Shown here in pieces: positions 55,053 to 64,000 of a DNA stretch of 64,000 nt (position 1 is the first letter of the stretch; each line of letters starts with the position of its first letter). Source of the DNA: Myxococcota bacterium. GTDB taxonomy: Bacteria > Myxococcota_A > Polyangia > Nannocystales > Nannocystaceae. The stretch lies in assembly GCA_039194325.1 (NCBI GenBank), contig JBCCWC010000005.1, positions 96,008 to 160,007 of the forward strand, written 5' to 3'. The position numbers were made by a program, and so were the translations under genes. Under the pieces are notes generated by a model. The model saw nothing but the letters and a program-made list of their open reading frames with translations, made no database searches and had not been told where the DNA came from.

Positions 55053-56044
55053 CTCCTCGTTCGAACTGTCCTAATTCCAACGTACCTGAGCCTTCGTCCC
55101 TCGGGAATCCTCGCTCTCCAGATCTGACTGATCGTTCGGTTATCCAGATCGAACGATATTGTGTCGAGCCTGGGAACGATGCAGTAGACTCCATCACAAA
55201 GGGCCAGCGATAGGATCACGGCAATGCCACTGAGTTCACAGGCGATCTCCCCCTCTGGATATATTCCGGTCAGGCGAACTTCCTCATCTCCTTTGAAGGG
55301 GGCATCTCTTTGGAGCGACAGCGGGGCGCTGTTATTGAATCGCTCATCGAAGTCTTCTGGCAAGCGCGGCCATATTGTCTCTTTCCAGGCCATGTCGTAT
55401 GTGCCGGCAAATTTCCTCCTTGGCATCCACGAGGGAGGAACCGGAGAAAGTCCTCCTGGCGTGTATGTTGCCCCAAAGTCCCTGGTAGGTTCTTCGAGTG
55501 GCTCGATCTGTGGCGCCGGGATCATATCAGAAGACTTGATGTCCTCGCAGTCTTCACAGCGCAATCCGCGCCCGATTGGGTTGCTGGGTTCGAATTTCTT
55601 GCAGTGATTGCACGTGCCACCATATGCAAGCTCATAGCGAAGCTCGACCGCCTTGCACGCCTCTGGATCGGATAATTCGTATCTATCACCTCGACGAACC
55701 CAAGCGCGAGGGCCGGTGATTCGAACTGCCGAACGCAACTCGCCAACGACCACGGCCGCTGTCCAAGTCCGCGTTGCCGACCCCATGTGCGCTTGGCTGC
55801 GTCCGAAGACGTGGACTTCGGAACGCGGCTTGTAGGCCACAACATCGGCCGCGAACGCGAGGCTCGACTGTGGCCCTGAATAGTACATGTCCGCGCATCT
55901 GACCGGCTGGGTCGTCATCGTCTCTACTCTGCCAGCAGCAAGCTTGAATGTGCCCTTGATGACCACAACCCAGTCAATGTGTCCTTGGGCATTAGCAGCC
56001 TTGAATATCAGTGTTGTGAAGTTCGTGTGATTTACAACCCTCAT
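55049..56044 (-). CDS. DUF2169 T6SS adaptor
   Basis: VVVIKGTF, YKPRSEV, LRYELAYGG, NPIGRG, W.PRRKFAGTYD..W, FNNSAP..LQ, LDTI.FD. Confidence 0.88.
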   Translation of the reverse strand: MRVVNHTNFTTLIFKAANAQGHIDWVVVIKGTFKLAAGRVETMTTQPVRCADMYYSGPQSSLAFAADVVAYKPRSEVHVFGRSQAHMGSATRTWTAAVVVGELRSAVRITGPRAWVRRGDRYELSDPEACKAVELRYELAYGGTCNHCKKFEPSNPIGRGLRCEDCEDIKSSDMIPAPQIEPLEEPTRDFGATYTPGGLSPVPPSWMPRRKFAGTYDMAWKETIWPRLPEDFDERFNNSAPLSLQRDAPFKGDEEVRLTGIYPEGEIACELSGIAVILSLALCDGVYCIVPRLDTISFDLDNRTISQIWRARIPEGRRLRYVGIRTVRTRR

Positions 56045-56473
56045 TATGGTCACATTCTGGGAGAGATGAAGCCCTTTAGAATGACGTGCTAGAATAGGTT
56101 GTTCGTGGAGCACGCGCGGCTCGCGAGCTGTGCGACTGTTCTATTTCTTGCTGACAGTGATCAATGCCGGAAATCCTGCACCAGTGAGCTACGGAAGGCA
56201 ACAAGAAAATGAGGGAAAAAGCTTGGGTGCTGTTGTCCGAGAAGTGTCATTTTGCTGATGGATCGGATCATTCGGTGGATGTCCACGTCTGTATGTGGCG
56301 GCAGGGTAGGATGATCTATTTGATCTTACTGTGGCTTATTGGTGCCATACGACGACTAGCGGCAGATCAGGTACTCGCGTAACGCTGGCGAGCTCTTCTC
56401 GAATGTTGTCGACTACAGTCCCGATAAGCACCCTTCTCGCGCCTTGCCCTCGTGGCGCAGCTCCGCACCTAAT

Positions 56474-56511
56474 CGGCACGAACTTCCGGCACGAACTTCC
56501 GGCACGAACTT
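56474..56511. repeat. 13-bp tandem repeat CGGCACGAACTTC x3
   Basis: Read directly; abuts the anti-sigma stop codon. Confidence 0.85.
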
Positions 56512-56940
56512 TTAGGGCTGCACGGGCGCCGGCCCGGCGGGCGCGTTGGGGCTGGGCTTGTCGGTGCCGATGATCGACTCGCGCTCGAGCTTCTGGGGCT
56601 GCTGCTCGAGCTGGGCCATCATGTTCAGCGCGGCCACGGTGAGGATGATGATGATGCTCAGCACCTGGAAGGGCAGCGAGACCAGCGTCCACACCCCCTC
56701 GGAGGCGAAGAGCTGACGGCGACGGATCCGCCGGGACACCTTCTCGTAGAAGTCGGGGGGCGCTTGAACCTCGGGCAGGCTCGACACCAGCGACATCACC
56801 TTGCGCAGCTGCTCGACCTCGGACATCGCCTCTGGGTCTTCGGCGAGCTGGGCCTCGAAGGCCGCGGCGTCCTCTTCGGGGAGCTCGGCGTCGAGATACG
56901 CCGTGATCAGCTCGGCGCTGGTGTCCTTGGTGGCGGGCAT
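56512..56940 (-). CDS. Anti-sigma factor (single TM)
   Basis: ELITAYLDAEL....AAFEAQL N-terminal domain, one TM; directly downstream of an ECF sigma gene. Confidence 0.8.
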   Translation of the reverse strand: MPATKDTSAELITAYLDAELPEEDAAAFEAQLAEDPEAMSEVEQLRKVMSLVSSLPEVQAPPDFYEKVSRRIRRRQLFASEGVWTLVSLPFQVLSIIIILTVAALNMMAQLEQQPQKLERESIIGTDKPSPNAPAGPAPVQP

Positions 56941-56998
56941 CGTTCCTATCCTCGAGGTTAAGTCGTTCCGGGCTCGATGGCATCCCTGTGGCGCGGTT

Positions 56999-57694
56999 TT
57001 ACTTGAGGTGAGGGGCGAGCCGCTCTTTGAGGGCGACGCGGGCGCGGTGCAGGCGCGACTTGAGCGTGCCCTCCTGCAGCCCGGTGACGTTGAGGATCTC
57101 CTGGTACGACAGCCCCTGGATGTCGCGCAGGATGATGAGCAGTCGGTGCTCGGGGTCGAGCCCGTTGAGCTCGCGCTGGATCGCGGCCTGGAGCCGGGCG
57201 CCCTCGGTCATCGCCTCGGGCCCGGCGATCTGCGCCTGGAGCGGGACCACCGGGCCGCCGTCTCCAGGGTCGTGGGCCTCGGGCGTGTCCTCCACGGGCA
57301 CGCTGCGGTGGAAGTTGCGGCCGCGCAGGTACTTGATCCGGTTCTTGCAGGTGTTGGTGGCGATCCGATAGAGCCACGTATAGAAGCGCCCTTCGCCGCG
57401 GTACTGCCCGATCGCGCGGTGCAGGGTGATGAACACCTCCTGCGCCAGATCCTCGGCCTCTTGCCGGTTGCCGATCATGCGGAGCGTCAGCCCGAAGATC
57501 CGGTGCTGATAGAGGCGGACCAGCTCCTCGAAGGCTCGCTGATCCCCTTGGCGCAGTCGCCTCACCAGGCGTCGGTCGCGGAGATCGGCCTGCCGCCGCT
57601 CGTCGGTGTTCTTGGCCTCGGCCGGACGGGTCGCCGAGGAGTTCTCCGGTCCGTCCTGCGTCAAACGCTGCTCACTTCCGGCCGCCGTCGCCAC
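56999..57694 (-). CDS. ECF sigma factor (RpoE-like)
   Basis: GDQRAFEELV..YQ, EAEDLAQEVF, FYTWLYRIATN, GLSYQEI, GTLKSRLHRAR. Confidence 0.93.
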   Translation of the reverse strand: MATAAGSEQRLTQDGPENSSATRPAEAKNTDERRQADLRDRRLVRRLRQGDQRAFEELVRLYQHRIFGLTLRMIGNRQEAEDLAQEVFITLHRAIGQYRGEGRFYTWLYRIATNTCKNRIKYLRGRNFHRSVPVEDTPEAHDPGDGGPVVPLQAQIAGPEAMTEGARLQAAIQRELNGLDPEHRLLIILRDIQGLSYQEILNVTGLQEGTLKSRLHRARVALKERLAPHLK

Positions 57695-57861
57695 GAGTAC
57701 CGGCGTAGACTACCTCGACCCGCCGAGGTTCCGCGGACCGGACGTCGACGGCGCGGACTTGCGCCAAAAAGTAGGATTTTCGCATACATAGGTCCAGTGG
57801 CCCCGGGACGACGGGTCTGGGCTCGGTCGAGGTCGATGGGCGGCCGGGCTGGCCGCGCTCG

Positions 57862-59811
57862 TTACTCGCGCAGATCGATGCCCCGTTGCAGGCAGGCATT
57901 CTCCAGGTCCCGACGCACCTGGCCTCGCAGGCGCCGGTAGGCGTATCGGGCCTTGAACTCGTTGTTCATGCGGCAGCCCGCGTGGCCCATCAGCTGGAGG
58001 GCCGTCTGGGTGGCCTTGAGCTCGTAGGCGGCCTTGGCATCGCGGTGGGCTTGTCGGGGCGAGTGGATCAGGTTGGCGCGCGCGCGATCGATGAGCTGGG
58101 CCGCTCGGGCGCTGGCCCGGGGGGACGAGTCGGGCGATGCGGCGAGCTCATCGGGGTTGGTCGAAGTCGGGTCCTCCGCGCTAGCCTCGCCGTTCGCGGG
58201 ATCACCCGCTCGGGGGGTGTCCACCGCCGTGGAGGGCGATCTGGGGTCACCAGCCTCGGTCCCGGACGCGGGGACCGCAGCGGGAATGGAAGAAGATATG
58301 GACGCGGGGTCGGGAACACGGACGGAGTCAAGGTCGGACGCAGGGACGTCCTCGGGGGCGGTGGCCGTGGTGCGCGGTGAGCTGGGGCTCCTCAGCTGCA
58401 TCCACAGCCCTAGCCCCAGTATTGCGATGATGCCCCCCACCAGGCCGCCGAAGAGCACGTGGCGGATCCCCCACGCGTTGGCCTGGGGGTGCGAGGCGGT
58501 CGAGCCCAGGCGACTCGAGTCGTCGATCAACTCCGCGGGATAGGAGTGGGCCAGGGATATGGGAGCCGAGGGCGCCGCGATCGGCACCGCTGCGGGGGAT
58601 GGTGCGGTGGTGGTGGACACCCGGGCGACCACCGGGCTGCTGGGCTCGGGGGAGGTGCGGATCGTGGTGTCTTGGTTTGCCGCGACGTGGATGGGCTCCG
58701 GGCGAGTGACGGGCAGGGGCTGGGGAGCCTTGCGCAGCTCGTAGTCTTGGCGAGGCGCGGTGAGGGTCGAGTCTAGGTTCTTCCAGGCCCAGCGCGGCAC
58801 CGCGGGCGGGCGCTTGGCTCGCTGGGTCCACGGGTGGGGTTTGGGGCCGAACAGGTGCTCGAGGTATCGGCCCAGCCCGCCGGGGAGGCTCAGCAGCTGG
58901 CAGTCGCGGGTCACCAGCTCCAGCTCTTCTTGCATCTCGAAGGCCGACTGGTAGCGCGCGCCTGCGTCTTTGTGCAGGGCCTTGAGCACGACGTGCTCCA
59001 GCTCGGGTGGGCACTCGGGTCGATGTTGTCGAGGCGGGATCGGTTCCTCGCCCAAGACCTTGTGCACCGTGCCCAGCACGGAGCTCGCCTGAAACGGGCG
59101 CCGCATCGCGATCATCTCGTAGAGCACGATGCCCAGCGCGAAGATGTCGCTGCGGCGATCGAGGTTCTCGCCCCGGCACTGCTCTGGGGACATGTACGCG
59201 ACCTTGCCCTTGAGCACGCCGACCCCGGTGTGCTCTTTGTCGGAGGCCGCCTTGGCGATCCCGAAGTCGATGAGCTTCACCCCGCTCTGCCGGGTGACGA
59301 TGATGTTCGCGGGCGAGATGTCGCGATGGACGATCCCCAGCGGGTGTCCGGCGTAGTCGGTCTGCTCGTGGGCGTGGTGCAGTCCCGCCGCGCAGCCCAC
59401 CGCGATCTGGAGGGCCAGCTCTAGCGGCAATTGTTCGCCGGCCTTGTTGGCCGCGGCGAGGATCGCCTTGAGATCTTCACCGTGGAGGTACTCCATGGTG
59501 AAGAAGCACTCCTCGTCCGTCAGTCCGATGTCGTGGGTATGGACGATGTTGGGGTGCTCCAGCGTGGCGGCCACCCGCGCCTCGTCGCGGAACATCGCCG
59601 CGTAGCGGCGGTCACCCACGCGGTCGGGCAGGACTCGCTTGAGCACTACGATCTTTTCGAAGTCGTCGAGGCCGATCGCGCGGGCCAGGTACACCTCGGC
59701 CATGCCCCCCGAGCCCAGGCGACCGAGCAGCTCGTATCGCCCGCTGAGGCTGCGCATGGGCGTCAGGTGCTGGAGTGAGCGCCTGCTGCCGGAGTGGTGA
59801 GGCCGATCCAT
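57862..59811 (-). CDS. Membrane Ser/Thr protein kinase
   Basis: GSGGMAEV, HRDISPAN, DFG, GKVAYMSPEQ, Pro-rich linker, TM. Confidence 0.92.
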   Translation of the reverse strand: MDRPHHSGSRRSLQHLTPMRSLSGRYELLGRLGSGGMAEVYLARAIGLDDFEKIVVLKRVLPDRVGDRRYAAMFRDEARVAATLEHPNIVHTHDIGLTDEECFFTMEYLHGEDLKAILAAANKAGEQLPLELALQIAVGCAAGLHHAHEQTDYAGHPLGIVHRDISPANIIVTRQSGVKLIDFGIAKAASDKEHTGVGVLKGKVAYMSPEQCRGENLDRRSDIFALGIVLYEMIAMRRPFQASSVLGTVHKVLGEEPIPPRQHRPECPPELEHVVLKALHKDAGARYQSAFEMQEELELVTRDCQLLSLPGGLGRYLEHLFGPKPHPWTQRAKRPPAVPRWAWKNLDSTLTAPRQDYELRKAPQPLPVTRPEPIHVAANQDTTIRTSPEPSSPVVARVSTTTAPSPAAVPIAAPSAPISLAHSYPAELIDDSSRLGSTASHPQANAWGIRHVLFGGLVGGIIAILGLGLWMQLRSPSSPRTTATAPEDVPASDLDSVRVPDPASISSSIPAAVPASGTEAGDPRSPSTAVDTPRAGDPANGEASAEDPTSTNPDELAASPDSSPRASARAAQLIDRARANLIHSPRQAHRDAKAAYELKATQTALQLMGHAGCRMNNEFKARYAYRRLRGQVRRDLENACLQRGIDLRE

Positions 59812-59845
59812 CGAGTCCCCCCCAGGGTATGCGAAAAAAGTCGGA

Positions 59846-61075
59846 GTGAGATCATGGCTTCGGGGGACAGTGGCGGCCACCTTGGCCTGGCCCGGGCGCC
59901 GTGACACCATCACCGCCGTGCACGGGCTGCAATCTCGCGGGATCGCGATGGTGGTCGCATCGGCGTTGATGACCGCTCCGGTGGCTCCGGTCGCCGCGGG
60001 GCCGCCCGCGGAGGTGCAGGGCGAGCCGGGGACCGAGGCGTATGCTCCCGCGACCGTGCTCGGGCTCGACGCGGAGCAGACCGCGGTGGGGGCTCGGCTG
60101 ACCACGGCCTTGCGTCGAGCGTTTGCCGCACGGGGCCTCGGTGGGGGTGAAGAGGCCAACCTCTCCGAGCTACGCCTGGCGCTGGGTTGCCGCACCGACA
60201 CGCCCGAGTGTCTCGCCGGTGGTGGCCAGCTGCTGCGCTCGCGTCGGCTGATCTACGGTAGCCTCCACAAGTTCGAGTCGGGGCGGTGGGCGCTCGACCT
60301 ATCGGTCCTTGAGGTCGAGGCGGTCGAGATCGCCGCGCACGAGACGTTCAAGATCCAGGGGGCGGATCTGGCCCCGGCTCGGATCGATCGGCTGGCCCAA
60401 GACTTGGTCGACCGGCTGTTGTCCGACGAGTTTCGGAGCACGATTCCGGAGTTCTCGGCTGCCGACGCGTCGCCGCCACCGCCACCGCCGCCCCAAGTCG
60501 AAGGGGGCGACTCAGACTCCGCACGGGACGGCAAGTGGGAGTTTGGACTCCAGCGACCAACCCCCCGGTGGAAGTGGGCCGGTTTTGGGGTGAGCCTGGG
60601 GGTGGGCTTGGTCGCCGTGGCGGGGTCTATCGGGACGACCGTATGGATTGTCGCTCATGATAATAATAGTTTTGGATTTCGTCCCCGATTGATCGAGGCC
60701 GCGAATAATAGCCTGAGAAACCCCAATCCGGATAATCAGGTCAATCCGATGACAGTCGACGATATTTGTGAATACAATGTGACGAACGAGGACGGCTCAC
60801 CCCTGGTGGCTGACGACACTGGGATTGAGGGGGCTCGCAACCTCGGCGTTGCCAATGTCTGTAATCTAGGTGAGAAGGTTCAGACGACCAATGTGGTCTT
60901 CAATATAGTCGCAGGCGTCGGGTTGCTCTCTACGGTCGTCTTTACCGGCTTGTTGTTGGTGCATCGCAAGCCCCGCAGCCCGGTCGCTCGCACGTGGCGT
61001 CGGCGTGACCTTCGGCTCGGCCTGGGCCCCACGTGGGGGCAGGGGAGCGCGCTGCGGCTGGGAGGCCGCTTCTGA
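59846..61075 (+). CDS. Exported/membrane protein of unknown function (true start probably near 59920-59950)
   Basis: Signal-like segment, GC..D..ECLA motif, poly-Pro, two hydrophobic segments, C-terminal LGGRF. Confidence 0.7.
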   Translation: MRSWLRGTVAATLAWPGRRDTITAVHGLQSRGIAMVVASALMTAPVAPVAAGPPAEVQGEPGTEAYAPATVLGLDAEQTAVGARLTTALRRAFAARGLGGGEEANLSELRLALGCRTDTPECLAGGGQLLRSRRLIYGSLHKFESGRWALDLSVLEVEAVEIAAHETFKIQGADLAPARIDRLAQDLVDRLLSDEFRSTIPEFSAADASPPPPPPPQVEGGDSDSARDGKWEFGLQRPTPRWKWAGFGVSLGVGLVAVAGSIGTTVWIVAHDNNSFGFRPRLIEAANNSLRNPNPDNQVNPMTVDDICEYNVTNEDGSPLVADDTGIEGARNLGVANVCNLGEKVQTTNVVFNIVAGVGLLSTVVFTGLLLVHRKPRSPVARTWRRRDLRLGLGPTWGQGSALRLGGRF

Positions 61076-61250
61076 CCCGGGTAGGCGGAGATCTATCCGT
61101 TCTGCCTGATCCCCGGCGATCGTCACCAGGTGAGATCGCCTCGATGCGAGATTCGCGTGCATGGCCGATGGGTTGGCTCCCCGTTCGCGCTGGGTCGGGA
61201 ATGCAGTCGGCACGTGCATCGCGGCCCCAGACGTGCAATGAACGCAGCGC

Positions 61251-62516
61251 ATGTCTACTGCCCCGCGTACCCGCGATCGCTCTCGGCCTCACGACATCGC
61301 CCTGTGGGGCGCCACCGGGTTTACCGGCCAGCTCGTGGCCGAGCATCTGGTGCGTACCCGGTCGACCGGTGATCTGCGGCTGGCCCTGGCCGGGCGTAGC
61401 CGTCCCAAGCTCGAGGCGCTCCGCGACCGGCTCGCCGGCATCGATCCTGCGGCGGCCGAGCTGCCGATCGTGGTGGCCGACAGCTTCGACCGCTCCTCGT
61501 TGGATGCCATGACCGCCAACGCCGAGGTGGTCTGCACCACGGTGGGCCCCTACGCCCGCTACGGCGCAAAGTTGGTCGAGTCCTGTGTGGAGCATAGGAC
61601 CGACTATTGTGATCTCACCGGAGAGACCACCTTCGTTCGTCCCATGATCGACGCTCATCACGAGGCGGCCCGGGAGCGGGGTTGTCGGATCGTGTGCTGC
61701 TGTGGCTTCGACTCGATCCCCTCGGACATCGGCACCTTGATGATGCATCGCGCCATGCAGGAGCGGCACGGTGTGGCCGCCCAGGAGGTCAAGCTAGTCG
61801 TTGGCGACTCCCGCGGGGAAGCCAGCGGCGGCACGGTCGCCAGCATGCTGGATATGGCTCAGGCCATGCAGCGCGACAAGGCGGTGCGGGTGCTGGTGGC
61901 CGATCCGTATGGTCTCAACCCCGAGGGCGAGCGACACGGGCCCGATGGCCCCGATCGAATGGGTGCCTTGTTCGATCCCGATCTCGATCGCTGGACCGGG
62001 CCCTTTGTGATGGCCGCGGTCAACACCCGCATCGTGCGGCGCTCCAATGCGCTGCTCGGTTATGCGTACGGGCGCGACTTTCGATATCAGGAGGTCGTTG
62101 GGTTTCCTCGTGGCCCACGCGGTATGCTCGGAGCGTGGGGGCTGGCTGCAGGCATGGCCGGCCTCTTCGCGGCGGTTGCTTTGCCTCCCACGCGGGCGCT
62201 GCTCACTCGATTCGTGCTGCCCTCGCCGGGCGAGGGGCCCGACGAGGCGACCCGGGAGTCCGGGTACTTCCGCATGCGCTTGTTCGCGCGTGGGGCTGGC
62301 CCCGAGGGTCCGGTGCTCCGCGGCCGGGTCGCGGGTCACAAAGATCCGGGCTATGGCGCGACGGCGATCATGCTGGGCGAGGCGGCTCGTTGCTTGGCCG
62401 TGGATGGACCCGAGCTGGGGACTCCCGGTGGCATCCTGACGCCCGCCAGCGCCATGGGCGAGACCCTGCTGCATCGCTTGCGTGACGCGGGGCTCGAGTT
62501 CGAGGTGGATGGTTGA
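61251..62516 (+). CDS. Saccharopine dehydrogenase-like oxidoreductase
   Basis: WGATGFTG, AGRS..KL, TVGPY..YG, YCDLTGE, CGFDSIPSD, DPGY. Confidence 0.92.
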   Translation: MSTAPRTRDRSRPHDIALWGATGFTGQLVAEHLVRTRSTGDLRLALAGRSRPKLEALRDRLAGIDPAAAELPIVVADSFDRSSLDAMTANAEVVCTTVGPYARYGAKLVESCVEHRTDYCDLTGETTFVRPMIDAHHEAARERGCRIVCCCGFDSIPSDIGTLMMHRAMQERHGVAAQEVKLVVGDSRGEASGGTVASMLDMAQAMQRDKAVRVLVADPYGLNPEGERHGPDGPDRMGALFDPDLDRWTGPFVMAAVNTRIVRRSNALLGYAYGRDFRYQEVVGFPRGPRGMLGAWGLAAGMAGLFAAVALPPTRALLTRFVLPSPGEGPDEATRESGYFRMRLFARGAGPEGPVLRGRVAGHKDPGYGATAIMLGEAARCLAVDGPELGTPGGILTPASAMGETLLHRLRDAGLEFEVDG

Positions 62517-62548
62517 GGTGGATGGTTGACGTAGCGAGGCACGCGGCA

Positions 62549-63340
62549 CTAGTCGCTGACGATGTCGCCGAATTCCTTTTGGTAGCACTTGGGGCATATG
62601 CCGTGGGAGAAGTACGTATTCGGGGATAGCTCGTCGAGGCAAGTCTCGATTGGAACCCATCGGTCGTTCTCGGTGCGTAGATCCTTGCAATACATGCACA
62701 AGGAGACTAGCTCGTGGTGGCGATTGGCCTGCGTGGCGAGCCGAGCCTTCGACAGGGCAAGGATCCGGTGCGTCTGCTCGGAGAGCCCGTACCCGGTCAG
62801 TAGCGGCTCGCGGTGTAGGTCGATCTGCTCCGGGAAGCATAGCAGCACCGTGCGCAGGAACCCGACGAGGGCGAGGATGTGGACGTAGTCTTGGTACTCC
62901 TCTGGAGCGAGAAAACGGCGCACCAGGGACATATTGGTGGCGAAGGTCGAGTCGTCGAGGAACGCAAAGTAGGTGCACCGGATCACCATCGACCACTTCT
63001 TGCGATCGGTGATGCCCTCGGGAGCTTCGAGTAGCTCCAACAGACCGGCGATCTGGTCGAAGTGTACCTGCATGCCCAGCAGCCAGGTGCTGTGCAGTGT
63101 GTAGCAGTACTGGTTCTCGCAGTGGTGGAGGGCGATGCTGAGGAGCGACTCGATCACCCGGGGATCGCGGATGTGCTTGGCGTGGAAGTAGACCTGCTCG
63201 AGGTGCTTGCCTAGCGAGGGGACGAGGCCGTGGTCGTAGCAGGTGCGCACGAGCAGCGTGTACGTTCCCCGAAAGAGCGATGCTGCCGGGCCCAGGGCTT
63301 GCGTGAGCGCTTCGTCGCTCGGGGGGGGTCGTTCGGTCAT
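62549..63340 (-). CDS. AhpD/CMD-like domain fused to a C-terminal Cys4 (CxxCK...FSHGICPxC) domain
   Basis: HCENQYCYTLH; LCMYCKDLR...W..IE...FSHGICPKC; start uncertain. Confidence 0.6.
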   Translation of the reverse strand: MTERPPPSDEALTQALGPAASLFRGTYTLLVRTCYDHGLVPSLGKHLEQVYFHAKHIRDPRVIESLLSIALHHCENQYCYTLHSTWLLGMQVHFDQIAGLLELLEAPEGITDRKKWSMVIRCTYFAFLDDSTFATNMSLVRRFLAPEEYQDYVHILALVGFLRTVLLCFPEQIDLHREPLLTGYGLSEQTHRILALSKARLATQANRHHELVSLCMYCKDLRTENDRWVPIETCLDELSPNTYFSHGICPKCYQKEFGDIVSD

Positions 63341-63829
63341 CAGTCCTGGCCTCGAACGACAACCATCATACCGAGCGATGGTCCCTGAGGTGTGGCCCAA
63401 CATTGGGCTGCCGAGCGCGGTGGGGTCCTCGATGGGGCGGTCGCCTGCGCCGCCTGTTGTGTTCGTGGCGGTCGGTTGGGGGCGGAGGTCTCCTGCTGTT
63501 GGTGCACGCAGTGAGGACTGCGGTGTCTGTTTGCTCATTTTAGGCCCGTTGGCTTGACGCCGGTGAGCAAGCGCGATCGTGAGCAGCCCTACGATGGACG
63601 CATGGGGACGCGCATTGGGCTGGGTGGGAGCGTCTTTGATGCTCGCGGCCCGTATTCTCCTCGGTGAGGGAGCCGAGCGGTACCGCGACGTCAAGGGGTC
63701 GAACGCTCACGAGCGATGGGTTGGGCTCATCGTGGGTCGACAGGTTGGACATTCGAATGTTCCAGGGGCGCTTGGATGCGCTCGGGCCATCAGGTGTATA
63801 GGATCCATGTCGTCGATCGAGGAGAGGTC

Positions 63830-64000
63830 ATGAGCGCGAAGAAGAAGGCGGGCGCGAAGAAGAAGACGGTCGCGAAGAAGAAGACGGTCGCGAAGAAGAA
63901 GACGGTCGCGAAGAAGAAGACGGTCGCGAAGAAGAAGACGGTCGCGAAGAAGAAGACGGTCGCGAAGAAGAAGACGGTCGCGAAGAAGAAGACGGTCGCG
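63830..64000 (+). CDS. Lys/Ala-rich histone-H1-like repeat protein, partial
   Basis: GAGGAG RBS, ATG, MSAKKKAG(AKKKTV)n open to the window edge. Confidence 0.65.
   Translation, partial: MSAKKKAGAKKKTVAKKKTVAKKKTVAKKKTVAKKKTVAKKKTVAKKKTVAKKKTVA
63854..64000 (+). repeat. 18-bp perfect tandem repeat GCGAAGAAGAAGACGGTC, at least 8 copies
   Basis: Read directly; truncated by the window end. Confidence 0.95.

Noticed and set aside
56045..56473. AT-rich gap upstream of DUF2169 as a vgrG remnant or immunity gene
   Set aside because: No credible ORF or motif visible by eye

Overview
High-GC chromosomal segment that looks like a Nannocystaceae-type myxobacterium. This is inferred from MYXO-CTERM-like tails, large Ser/Thr kinases and Ser/Thr/Gly/Asp-linker Cys-rich lipoproteins. 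About 1-21.6 kb is mostly housekeeping: trypsin-like protease, Ppx/GppA, PHP, pntAB, moaC, an M16 peptidase pair, two Uma2 nucleases, a kinase-ATPase-TPR protein, tRNA-Gln-prs-rplY-pth and a K+-dependent membrane pyrophosphatase. About 21.6-56.5 kb is a patchwork accessory region. It carries a Septu/PtuAB-like ATPase+HNH pair, ohrR with an internally deleted ohr, an AraC/FG-GAP/two-component/serine hydrolase unit, a decayed RelE/ParE toxin-antitoxin pair, three paralogous beta-propeller lipoproteins (one followed by a Cys-rich vWA lipoprotein), a lone OLD-like ATPase-TOPRIM gene, an ECF/kinase pair and a low-GC orphan DUF2169 + PAAR-like toxin cassette. The window ends with ECF/anti-sigma, a kinase, a membrane protein with an AT-rich internal patch, an AhpD-like/Cys4 fusion and a perfect (AKKKTV)n repeat gene that runs off the edge. 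No CRISPR array, reverse transcriptase, integrase or transposase was recognised. All calls come from reading motifs by eye; no searches were run.
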